From Hyaloraphidium curvatum SAG 235-1 (Eukaryota > Fungi > Monoblepharomycota): 64,000 nt of DNA. Shown piece after piece: positions 24,215 through 35,521 of the stretch. Made by a program: the position numbers and the translations under genes. Position 1 is the first letter of the stretch. Each line of letters starts with the position of its first letter. A model generated the notes under the pieces. It had not been told where the DNA came from, did no database searches, and saw only the letters and a program-made list of their open reading frames with translations. The stretch lies in the NCBI GenBank assembly GCA_025558095.1, contig JAIVFI010000019.1, positions 186,001 to 250,000 of the forward strand. Reading direction: 5' to 3'.

Positions 24215-24420
24215 GACGGCTCTCGGGAGCCGGTGCTAACCCGTGGATCGGCTGACCATAGCGATCTGCGGGCGGGGCACCATCATCTAGTTCACGCGCG
24301 AGATACAGACGGCGCCGCATACAACGGCGTGTGATCAACTTGTCATCGCATGAAGTGTAGCAATACAGTAGTTGGATCCACTTGCTAACCCGAGCCCGAC
24401 GAGGGTTCGCTCGGTCCACT
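24215..24420 (+). ncRNA. Candidate Fanzor omega-RNA scaffold
   Basis: Consecutive stems just 3' of the RuvC gene, two with G-U pairs: 24240-24250/24262-24272 and 24292-24299/24327-24334. Confidence 0.5.
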
Positions 24421-25128
24421 CGCGCCGGGATAGACGCGGATGTGCAGGAGCGGACGGAGTGAGACGTGCGGGCACTTGTGTGCGGCACGTCGGAGCAGTA
24501 GACTTGGCCGCGCCAGATCGGCGCGCCTCAACTTCGTTCCCCACCCACCCTCCCCAGCTAGCTAGCGCAACCAAAGCCGTCGAGGCAGGCGAGCCTGCCG
24601 CCTTGGCGCACCGGGCGTTCTCGCCCCTGAGCCCAACCGCGCTGGCCAGCCAGGAGAGAGGCTGAGAGGACGCGAGTGGAGCGGGGAGACACTCGGGATT
24701 CCTGAGGAATGTTCCATCGCCGCGATGCACAACCATGACCTCGTCTGATTGGTCCTTTCCGCCGGCATCGTTTGACGAGGTCCAAAGACATGTCGGGCTT
24801 GCCTGGGATTCGGAGTTTTGGAGCGTCCCGGATTTCCCCGAGTCGGTCATGCCGCGGACGCGCGACAAGTCGCCCTCTAGCTCTCCTTGGTTCGGATCCT
24901 CCGATAGACGAGCGTCATCTCCGGCAACTGTGGAGCAGCCAAGATGCATGACTTGCGGGATCCGCAGCCTATCGATTTGGACGGTTGACTCACGTTCCAG
25001 CCTTCCAGAGCCTCGAACGAGTTCTGTGACGTCGCTCTGACTCCCGCCTCCCAAGCAATTCACATCGAATAGCATTCAACCACAAACCAGCATCGCACGT
25101 AACCACAGCAACGAGCACACACCCCGCG

Positions 25129-26252
25129 ATGGCCCCAACCGAACCGGAGCTCCGCGAGCTCGCTCTCCGCGTCGTCGCGGCGTTCAATCACTTCGTCCCC
25201 ACGCGGTCCATCGAGGCCTACGAGGGCCTAATCGGGCCGGACTACGCCGCCGTCGACCTGTCGCAAACATTCACTGGCCCGACGCCCTCCCGCGCTCGCT
25301 GGCGCGCTACCCGACGGGCTCTGTCTGGGAGGTCCTGGAGGAACCCGCCGCCGAGGTCGGCGAATGGCTTCCGCCCGCACCCCACCGCGTGCACTTCAAG
25401 GGCAAGTGCACGGCGGACTTTGGCACCGGCACGCTTGGTGCGTCGCGCTGATCGGGGGGGCAGAGGGAGCCGCGCTGACTCAATTCCGCAGCCTTCTACG
25501 CTAGGACCACCTTGTTCGTCACTGACGACCTCAAGGTCGTCAGGGTGAGCTCTTGACCTTTGCATCGCCTTCATGACCCGGTCTCTGATTACCCCGGCCT
25601 CCAGCTCGTCAACGAGCACACCGGCGACCCGGCCGAGGACGCCGCATTCCAGGGCCTCTTGGAGGCCCGCATCACCGCTGATCCCAAGGATCCCGAGGAA
25701 AAGGCCAAAGGGAGGGCGCTGATGGAAGCGTTTTGCGCCCACAGGACCCTCGAGGGCGCGGGGAAGGAGCTCTTTGCGGACGACTGTGAGTGAGTGCGCC
25801 TACGTCCTCGTGTGCTCAAATTGCTGATAATCCTGCCACATATGTCTCGCAGGCGAGTTTGTCGGCTTTACAGGCTACTACAAGGGCAAGGCGGCGACCG
25901 TCGTGGCCCTGAAGCGCACCGACGACCTCGCGGTGTCGCACGAGTTCCGCATTCTCGAGTTTCATGAGCTTTGGGTGCCCCACACCGTCCGCGCCCTTGT
26001 ATCGGGCAAGTGGGACATGGTTCCCGAGTACCAAGGGATGAGAGGTCGGTGTTGGCCTTCTACCGGAGTAGCAGTTCCTTTGTCTGATCGTCCGTGGCAG
26101 GCACCGAAGGTCCAAGCATGTTCGAGCTCACCTACGACCCTGCCACGGGCAAGATCCGCCGCATGGTCATCGTCCTCGTCGGCGACGTGACGATCGAATG
26201 GGGAAAGGCCGTCTGCGCCATGATCAAGTCCATGGTGGCTCAGGCGGCCTGA
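25129..26252 (+). CDS. Tandem NTF2/SnoaL-like domain protein, multi-exon, with a probable 1-nt frameshift near 25280
   Basis: Two ~120 aa alpha/beta units ending FVTDDLKVVR and LTYDPATGKIRRM; canonical short introns. Confidence 0.5.
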
Positions 26253-26392
26253 TCGCCCTGACGTTCTGCCTCGGGAAGAAGGCAACATCTCCTTTCCCGC
26301 TGTACATAGCTTACGGGTCCGTGCATCGATGTACATTTGGAGTTGAATATCCTTCAATGCGATGCGTTCAAAGCTCGTCGCTCGCACCCCAG

Positions 26393-27378
26393 CTAGCCCC
26401 GACGATATAACACGTTATAGACCGGAAGCATCACCTCGTTCCTCGGATGCTTGGCTGGCACCCACGGCGGCACGAAGGCCGCTAACATCGTCGGCCCTGC
26501 CCCCACGAACCACTTCTCCGGCACCGCCCGGTGCAGCTTCTTCGACGCCTTGGCGACGTCGCCTTCGTCCGGTCTCCGGCCGGCCACGCTCGGAACGGCC
26601 CGCAGCCCGTCGAGCGCGCCGACTATGATCCGCGGGTCGAGCGGCGCCGGGATCTCGGCGAGGTCCGGCGGCAGCGCGACCGCCACGGTCACGTTCCCGC
26701 TCTCCCCGGCCGTGTACATGGGCCTGATCGCGGGAACCTTGCGGCATTTCCCGTCCGTCGAGTTGTTTTCACCGCCGAGGTAGCCGACCAGGATCCGCAG
26801 GGCAAGCATCGGGGGCATCGAAATGCTGCCCCCGGCCCCGGGGAGGTTGACCGAAACGATGGGCACGCGGGCGTATCGTCGGATCTCATAGCCGGAGCCC
26901 TTTTCGACGCGCTCGAAAGGAACCTCTGGTTGGGAGGGCGGCTCGGGTTCGGATACTCTGTGGCTGTGCCGAGCGGCGGGGGGGCAGACCGGTTCCGGAG
27001 GATGCTTGCCGCCGCGGAGGTAGGCGGAAAAGGCGTCATCCTCGATGGAAATGTTGTCGAGGAGGGAGGTGTCTCCGAAGGGGTCCAACAGCCCCACCGC
27101 CGACCCGACGTTCGAGCAGACTTGCGCTGCGACGCGACGGACAGGGGGTCAGCAACGAGCGTCACTTCCGGCACTTTGCGACTCATCGGTGTCGGAGCAG
27201 CCTTACCGAGAATCGGGAGCGCGACCAAAGCGAGCAGCAGCGCCAGAACCGCGGCCTTGACAGCCGCACGGAATCGCGCGCGGCGTTCCGACTCGGCAGA
27301 CAGCACGGCGACCCGGGCTTCGAGGTCGTCGACCCGTGCGAGCAGGTGACGATCAAATGGGGGGGATTTGGTGTCCAT
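26393..27378 (-). CDS. SOUL heme-binding family protein with N-terminal TM anchor
   Basis: YEIRRY, L.GYLGGEN, P.P.DPRI, PPW...RNEVM motifs; one intron near 27120-27204. Confidence 0.8.
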
Positions 27379-27534
27379 CGCAGCGCGTTGCACCGTATTC
27401 GAAGACAGCGCGGTGGCGTCAGGCGTCCTCATGCAGGGATCAACCAAGGACGCACCCCGCGCACGCACCACGCGTTGGGCAGATTCACCGACAGTTGTCA
27501 CAAAATGAACTACAAGCGGATGTACAGCTTCTTC

Positions 27535-29528
27535 CTAGTTCACGAAGGGGGAGTCCGGGCACATAGTCTGGGACCAGGACCGTCGTGAGGATCGCTGCAA
27601 ACGCCGCGTTGCACCGGCGCTCACCTGCACCGTGATGAAGATGGTCCCGGCCAGCAGAGACCACAGACCCAATGCCGCCGAAATTGCCGTGGCAACGACC
27701 GTCCTCACGACCGTGAAATCCACCGCGAACCCGATGAACCGCCCCTTGAACCTCTCGGTGTCCATGCACGAGGCGATCATGCGCTCTGCGTCGCGCGCGG
27801 CGGTCTTGCGGGCCTCCCGGTCACGGTAGCGGTGCCGGCCTTTCTCGCCGAGCATGTCGGGCTCGGGTTCGGCCTGCAGGGCGTCGGAGCGGGCGACGAT
27901 CTCGCGGAGCTCGTCGCGAGCCTCGCGGTAGAGCGCGACGATATCCTCGACCTTGGTGAGCGCATCCCTGGTCAATGAAACGCACTCGAAGTACAGAGCA
28001 ATGCAATGCCTTCGTACCCACCTGAGTGTTTGCGACGGCAAAGTTGACCAGGTCGATCAGGAGCACCGACATCTGCCAGCCGATGTCGAACACGTGCCAC
28101 AAGGGAATGCACGACCCTGCGATCACGTTGACGAGGACCAGCGAAACCTCCACGACGACGTTGAGCAGGAAGGCGGCCTTGCCCGCAGAGAGGTGGGCGA
28201 GCTGCTGCTTCCACACCGCGCAGAACTCGCGGTGCAGGTCCATGAAGGCGACCGCCGACAGCTTCTCGTCCGTCGGCGGGGCGTCGGTCGGGCGGCGGAG
28301 GAGGGTGCCCCGCATGGCGGCCTTCGACGGGCGGCCGACGGCCGTGGAGGGGAAGGCGGGGGTGTCGACCGCGTTCTCACCGAAGAGCATCGGCGGCTGC
28401 TGAGCGGCGTCGTCCTCTTCGGCGTCGAGAATGAGCCGACGGTGGTGCTCGACGAGGTCGGTCAGGACGATGCGGGCGGCTCGGCGCTGTAGGTTGCGGG
28501 CGAGGAGGAGCACGGGCGCGACCGTGGTCTGCATCGCAATCACGGTGACGTAGCAGAACGAGAGCGCTCCAATGACTGGCAAGCACGTATCGTATGAGCA
28601 GGCGAATGCAGCGGAAACCTGAAGCGGGTCACCCACCAAAGAGCACGCCAAAGAATGCCCAGTAAGGCGTGGTCCAGAATGTCGCACCGAACGTCACCGT
28701 CGCCGTCCACGTAGCAAAAAGGCACGACGCCAGGGGTATGAGTGGCCGCAGGAACACGTCCGCAAGCCGCAGCTGCCCCGAGAGCTTGAGCAGCTTGCCG
28801 GAGCACGAATCGTTCCCGCAGGTGCAGTAGTGCCCGTCCGCCTCGTCGTGCTGCACGAGGGCCGACCGCTGGCCGCTCAGGATAAAGTTGTACGCGTTCG
28901 GTCCGATCCTGTCTGTCATCTCGCTGGCCTCACCAGGGACGGCAGAGGCGCTTCCCACTAGGACCGACCACCGCGCGGCGCCCGCCAGCCAATGGCCCGA
29001 GAGATCGTCGTTGGCGTCGGGCGGCAGCACCTTGTGTATGTTGCCCCATCCGGCGAAGATGAGGAACGCCATCACGTAACAGATCTGCACGGCGACCGCG
29101 GTGGCGCCGGCGATCATCTGCTTGCGTCCGAAGCGCCCGTCGTTCAGGACCACTGCCGCCGCCGTCGTTGCACAGTAAGGAATGAAGAGGAGAGTCCAGC
29201 GCAGCAGCACCCGAGAGCTCCAGGGTTCCATGACCATGGTCAGCCAGGTCAGGTATCGCAGCGGGGGCGACCGCCGCTGCAGCTCGTCCAGGAGCTGTCC
29301 CCGCGTGACCGGGTGGTGCGAACGGAAGTTGCCCGCGGGGTCCGACGGCACGGGCAGGTTGGAGAGACGCGGCATGGGCCGCGCCGCCTGCGGGAAAACG
29401 GCGAGCCATTCCGCGGGCCGCAGGAAGGCCGCGAGCGAGCGGTCGGCGGGCAGCACCACGTTGGCCCGCCGGCCCAGGAGTGTCGAGCCCAGATCGGCGT
29501 TGTCGTCGTCGGCGTCGGCGGCCTGCAT
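27535..29528 (-). CDS. Multi-pass membrane protein of unknown function, multi-exon
   Basis: About seven hydrophobic helices, CTCGNDSC motif, C-terminal RFIGFAVDFTVVRTVVATAISAALGLW. Confidence 0.7.
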
Positions 29529-29950
29529 TTCAATCGCGGAGGACTGCGATGCTCGACGGCGAGTCGGTGCAGGCCGGAAAGCGCGTCTCCGGGTGTTCGG
29601 CGCACCGTCGCGCACGAGCAGATACCTGCTCCCGGCAACAGTGGCAGACGCGGTATCGAGGGAGTCGTTGTGGCTCGGGCTGGTGGGGTGGTCTTCGGGG
29701 CTTGGTCAACGGCCGAGACCCTGTTCCCGCTCGGAGTGGGAGGCACCTGATCGCGGACGCCACGCAGCGAAGACATCAGCCAGATGAAGATGTCGATTCG
29801 TCCCCTATCGTTCCCGCCCCATCCGCGGCGCCTATGTGCCTACGTGTCCGCAGCCCCGCCTAGCAATAGCTGCCCGTAAGTCCGCACAAAGCACCCTGCT
29901 TGGCAAGCCGGAAGCGTCGCGCAGTTCCCCGAAGCTGTTATCGATCAAGT

Positions 29951-30598
29951 CTAGCTCCCGAGCCCCCACTTGCGCTCCAGCGCGCGGTAGATGACGGTGT
30001 AGTCCAGCTTCCTCATCTCCTCGTCCTTGGCCGCCTCCTTGTTGGTCTCGTACACGAGCTCCGTCAGGGGCGCCTCGATCCCGACCTCCTTTGCCGCCTC
30101 GACCGCCAGCGAGAGGTCCTTGACGCCGCCGCCGAGCGGGAACCCGGGCATCGCGTAGCCGCGGGAGCTCGGCACGCCTTCCAGCACGCCCGGCGCCGGG
30201 TTGTAGCTGCGCGAGATGTACGTGGCGCCCGTCGACGCGTTGACGATCGAGGTCAGGAGACCCGGGTGGATGCCGTGCGCGCGGCCGACGAGCAGGGTTT
30301 CCGAGAGCGCCATGAGAGCCGAGTACTCGTTCGCGTTGTTCAGCAGCTTGGCTGTCTGCGCGGTGCCGCCGGCCTGGCCGACGAGGTAGACCGTTTCGCC
30401 CATCGTGAGCAGCCAGGGGCGGAGGGCGTCCAGCAGGGGCGTCGATTCGTCCACCGACGCCGGCGGCGATTCGCAGTCGTCCGTGCCGACCATGAAGGTC
30501 AGCGTGCCAGCCGCGGCGCCCGAGATGCCGCCCGACATGGGGCAGTCGACAAAGGTGCCGCCGGCCGCCCCGATCGCGTCCCGCGCCCACCGCGCAAC
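29951..30598 (-). pseudogene. 3-hydroxyisobutyrate dehydrogenase family, C-terminal half of a split gene
   Basis: FVDCPMSGG...AAAGTLTFMVG, AKLLNN, KDLSLA. Confidence 0.88.
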
Positions 30599-31420
30599 AT
30601 TTCCGCGCGGGGAAGCCCGAACGGCGAACCCAATCCCGCCCAAGACAGCCATACAGAGGCAAAGTCCGACCAGAGGAAGCTGTCAGGGATGATTTCGAAC
30701 CACATTGACGACCCTGTTGCCCTCGGCAATCAATCCCCCCTCAGTTCGGTCACGGGACGGTTCTCGCGACGCCGCAGCAGGAATTGAGGACCCAAAAGCG
30801 CGATCCGCCCCTCCGGTGTCAATTCGTGCAGCTTCAGGACCCGGGGCAGTTCCTCCGACGAGACTGCGTCCGGACGGCCGTGTGCTGTACGGCCATGCGG
30901 GAGCTGACGGTTCTCCGACCAACTCGTCCATGAACCAGCCGAGAACCGCGCGCGCCGTTTCCGAGTGCGGTCCGAACCCCGCGGCGCGGAGCAGCACGCG
31001 AGGCGGCTTGCGGGCGACTCGGGGCGCGAGTCGGGCGAGAGCGACCTCGCGGGGTGCGGCCCGCGGAGCAGCCGTGCACGTGAGCCTGCGTCCACCACCC
31101 CTGGAGCAGCGGCACTGTGGTCCACTTGTCCTCGAACGACGCCGACTGCAGCTTCATGACGATGTCGCACAGGACGGGCTTCGGCAGGCCGGTTGCGAGC
31201 AGGAAGTCGGAGGCGTCCTCGCGCCGCGGCCAGCCGAGCAATCCTGCCGAAGCGAAGTCCGTAAGGCGCACCCCAAAGGGTCCCGAAGCTTCGCCGCGCA
31301 CTGCAGCGGATCCGCGATTCAGTTCAGAATCATGTCCGCGTGCAAGAGAAGCCGAGGATTCGGAAAAGAACAGGGTTGTTGCGGTGCGAAAATGTCATCA
31401 CGGGTGCACGCGTCCCACAC

Positions 31421-34400
31421 ATGTCACCACAGGATCCACCCGATCCCCGGACGCGCGCGGCCATGCCGCCGTCGATCCCTGACCCTGCGGAAGAGCCTGC
31501 GCAGGAGCGTCGTCCCGCCCCGCCGCCCGCGGACGATCGCGCCGCGGCGGCTGCCGGGCGCGGCGGCGGCGGCGCGGGGCCCGCCCAGCCAGCGCGCCGA
31601 CGGCGCATGCTCATCCCCCTGCCCGAGCGCAATGGTGGCGGCCACGCGCGCGTCATCGGCGAGGCTGCGACCGGCACCGGTGCGGCGACCCCCGACCCCT
31701 CGCCGGACCACGCGCGCGACGACCGCGACGCGCGCAGCTTCCTCGAGCCGAAGCCGCCGTCACTCCGGATCCGTCTTCGCAAGACCGCCACCGGCTACGA
31801 GCACGTGCGGCGCGAGGCCGGCGGAGTGGGACCGGCGCGGCTTCGCACCCCGCGCCTCCAGGAGCCCCCGATCGACGCCGGCTCGTACCCCTCCCCCGCG
31901 CCGCGCAGGCGCTGGGCGGAGGAAGACGGCGACTACCTCGACGAGCACGACTCCCCGCCGGCGCGGAAGCGGCGCCGGACCGTGCGCGCCCCGGCCCCCG
32001 ACCCCGACCCCGGCCCCGCCCCCACCCCCGCTCCCCGTGCCCGCGGCCGCCGGGTGAAGAAGCAGAAGGAGCCGCAACTCCTGCGCTACCTCCGGAAGGC
32101 GGGCAAGAGCGCAGCGGCGGAGAGGCCTGCAGCCGGGGTCGCGGAGGAGGGCGAGGTGGGTCCTCGACGATGCTCGGCCGCCCGCCACCTCTAACGCATC
32201 GTTCAGCACTCCCATTCCGATGCGACCGCAGGCGCTGATGGCGGGGCTACCGGCGGTGTGTGGACGTTGTTGACTCCGAGCGCGTCGCTGATCAGGCACT
32301 CCGATCAGGCACCGAACCCCCGGTCGACGACGACCTCCGCCGCACCGCCGAGCTCCTCCAGGAGTTTGTGCGCCGCGGCGCGGTCTTCGACGCCATCCGC
32401 TCCGGCCTGCCCAATGGCCGCGGCCCCGCTGTCGCCGAGCTACTCGAGGCTGGCGAGCTGGCTCCCCTCCCGGCCGCAACCCCCGAACACCTTGCGAATC
32501 TCAAGGACCTCGAGGACGCATGGACCCGGAAGGCGGCCGAGCGTGGGCCCCCGGGCAAATGGTCGCTCGGGAACGAGCGCGGGGACGTCTCCAAGCTGGC
32601 GACGGCGGACTGGGGCAAGCTCTGTCACTCCTCGCGGACTTTCCCGTCAACGCCGAGGAGCAGTTTGGCGCGGGATCGCGCGGGGTGAAGTACCCTCGAG
32701 AGCCAAACGGACTCCCATACGACGTGTGCCTCACCGGCTTCCAATACCAGAAGATCGCGCCTGCCATCGGCTTCGGGGCCATGTGCCTCGACGGCAAGCC
32801 GATCGTCGCCGACGCGAAGGACAAGAACGGCCCCTTCGACATCACCAACGCGCATGACCTCGAGCTTCTAGATCTCGTCCTCAGGTTCGGGCTTGCGGCC
32901 GGCGCGACGAAGATGTTGGCCTTGTCGGCCATCATGCGCGAGGGCGTCGTCTTTGCGCTGCGCAAGGGGTTCGGCGGCCGCTACGAGGGGGAGACCGAGG
33001 TTTCGGCTGGCGGCGTTCGCTTGCCGCTCCACCTGTTCACGGACCTCAGCGTCGAAGGGCGCAGGGACATCGCGCTTGGGGTCGCCGGCACTCCCCACCT
33101 CCAGCTCCTCATCAATCCGGGGGTCTCGCTCGTGGTCTCGCTGGGACTCTGTGCGGTTGTGAGCGTGACGGGCCGGGGCATGTCGCTCGAGGGGATCATG
33201 GGCGTGCTCTCGGCCGGCTGCGGTCTGTCTCACGAGCAGCTCGTCGAGTTCCTCCGGCTGCTGAAGGACAGGGCGACGCCGAGGGCCTTGGACGCGCTGG
33301 GGAAGGAGATGGCGACGGACCCTGGCATGGACGTCCGGGAACAAATCCACTTTTTGTTCTCGCACGCGGGGGGGGTGATGCTGGGCGAGCTCAAGGACAT
33401 CGTGCGGTCCTTCGTCCCCAAGCCCGTGCGCCGGCAGCTATACGACGACGCGTACGAGACCATCGCCGAGAAGCTCACCCCGGGGGCCCGCGGCAAGGAG
33501 GCGCTCAAGCAGCTGGAGGGCTTGGGGGAGGACGGCGCGGCGCTCGCAGCAAAGCGGATCAGGGAGAGCGGCGCGGGGCCCGCGCTCTTCGCGTGCTTGA
33601 GCGACTTCGAAGGCGGCGATCGGATCGGGGAGCTGGCGCGCAAGGTCGTCGAGATCCTTGGCCAGGAGGCAGTCGACAGCCTGGTCGAGCCGATCCGCGA
33701 GTCGACCAAGGACATCGTCGGCACTGACGATGCCTCGGTCAACCTGCGGAAGGACACGGTGCAACGGGTGGTGCGCGAGCGCCTCGGCGCCGAGAAGGCC
33801 GCCGCGATCGCGGGGCTGGAGGGCGGCCTTCTCCACCCGTTTGGGTTTGGGAAGGCGGCCGCCCTCGAGGCCGGCGAGATCCTGGGACCAGGCCGCCTCT
33901 TTGATCTGCGGATGCACATCAAGACCGTGCTGGAGGAGGACGACGTGAACGAGGCCGAGCCCCGCGACCGGCACGAGGTTGTGTTGGACGAGGCGTCGAA
34001 GCTGTTTGGCCCGGATGTGGCGAACAAGCTGCGGGGCCTCGAAGGGGGAGTGCTGCGGCACGTCGTCGTGGACCGACAGCCGTCAGTCGCCAAGAAGGAG
34101 TGCCCGGTGTGCCAGAAGAAAGTGAGGTTTCTCAAGATGACTTCCGCGTTCACTGATTGGCCGTCTCCCTCTAGGTGACAAACCTCCCGAACCACCTCAA
34201 GTCGCACTCGGACGAGAAGCCCTTCTGCTGCGAACGCTGTGGCACTCGGGTGTGTCTGGTCATCGGAGGTACTGTGTTTCGCTGCTCACACGCTCCCAGT
34301 TCAAGCGCCAAGGGGACATGAAGAAGCATGTCGCTGACGTGAGGTGCAAGCCGCGCAACACCCTGCAGAAGGCCCCGCCGAAGCGGTTGTTCGCCTGCAC

Positions 34401-34638
34401 CAGCTGTGACAAGACGTTCACCAGGCACTACAACCTCGTGAGGCACCAGATGGTGCACACGGGGGTCAAGCCCTACAATTGTGAGCTCTGTTCATCCTCC
34501 TTTGCCCTCAAAAAGGATCTCCAGAGACACCGAGCCAAGCACTCGATGGGGATTAACGCGACAAGGGAGGAGCCGGGGGAGACGAACGAGAACGGGGAGG
34601 ATTCGCAGACGGATGAGTGTTCGCTTGAGGGATTGTAG
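31421..34638 (+). CDS. C2H2 zinc-finger protein with a long unknown helical N-terminal region; frameshift near 32620
   Basis: Four C2H2 fingers (CPVC..HLKSH-SDEKPF, CERC, CTSC..HQMVH-TGVKPY, CELC..HRAKH); repeated LEGG(L/V)L units. Confidence 0.75.
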
Positions 34639-34659
34639 AGTGGCGCTCCGACTACACGC

Positions 34660-34786
34660 ACAGCTGATCGACGTGGAGCTCCTTACCGTGGCCGAGGCCC
34701 AGACCCGGGCCCACCAGGCCCTGGCGAGCATGTTCCTGACCCTGGGGCTGCTGGCCCTCGCCCGAGTCACGCCGTCCAGCGGCTGA
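34660..34786 (+). pseudogene. Bacterial gene C-terminal fragment, TetR-regulator-like
   Basis: AHQALASMFLTLGLLALAR..*, convergent with and overlapping the RND fragment as in compact bacterial DNA. Confidence 0.4.
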
Positions 34787-34926
34787 ACCAGGTCTGCACC
34801 CGGTCCAGGTACAGGTAGATGACCGGGGTGATGAACAGGGTGATGAGCTGGGAGAACAGCAGGCCGCCGACCACGGCGACGCCCAGGGACTGGCGGGAAT
34901 TGGAGACGGTGCCGATGCCGATGGCC
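34768..34926 (-). pseudogene. Bacterial RND efflux permease (AcrB/MdtB/MdtC family) C-terminal fragment
   Basis: AIGIGTVSNSRQSLGVAVVGGLLFSQLITLFITPVIYLYLDRVQTWFSRWTA*, the characteristic last TM helix of HAE1 RND pumps. Confidence 0.88.
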
Positions 34927-34939
34927 TGACGGTTCTTCA

Positions 34940-35355
34940 GGCGGGCCCGACGGTGCCGAGCTCCACGAAGACGGGGCCGCGGCCGGTGCCGCCGATCGCG
35001 GCCGCGAAGCGCGAGTAGACCTCGCGCGACTCCGCGGGGCCCGGCAGCGCCGTGAATGCCAGGTCCGCCGCGCGCGCGAGGTCCTCGGCGGAAGCCGCGG
35101 CCGACACCCGCGCGCCCAGCGGCGACACGCGCGGCGACGCGAGAAACGCGTCCACCGCCGGCCGATGCGCGTCCAGCACGAGCAGGTTGACCTCAGAGGG
35201 GAGCTTGGACGCGAGGTTGGCCGCCATCCGCCCGCCCACTGTTCGGGGGAACTGCCGGTCAGGGGACGCCGCGGGGACGAAACAGCGGTCGGCACGCACT
35301 GGATCCGAGCCCCACAAAGCCCACGGTCCGCACGTTGTCGAGAGGTCCGGGCATC
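34940..35355 (-). pseudogene. 3-hydroxyisobutyrate dehydrogenase family, N-terminal half of a split gene
   Basis: VGFVGLG(intron)..GGRMAANL, FTALPGP, VELGTVGPA then an immediate stop at the insertion edge. Confidence 0.85.
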
Positions 35356-35521
35356 TTGGTTGTCGGAGGAGGTTCGGAAGTCGGAAGTGCGGCACGTTGG
35401 ATCAAGCCCTGTCGGGGCTGAACCCGATCAAGGACAACCCGGACGCCGAAACAACGGCCGGGACAAGACGTCCAACAGTGTTCATTCATTCACGACACAC
35501 TACACACGGCACACCGTGCCA

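Larger units (their letters stand above)
30599..34939. mobile_element. 4.3 kb insertion interrupting the HIBADH gene; no transposase, TIR or TSD seen
   Basis: Removing it rejoins ELGTVGPA|VARWARDAIG in frame. Confidence 0.7.

Noticed and set aside
13000-24600. Defined transposon ends or a transposase (Helitron, DDE, tyrosine recombinase) for the Fanzor element
   Set aside because: No TIR, TSD or transposase motifs could be identified by eye; boundaries remain undefined.
30599-34939. Insertion as a giant spliceosomal intron of HIBADH
   Set aside because: Ends on the gene strand are TGAAG...AAAT, not GT/GC...AG.
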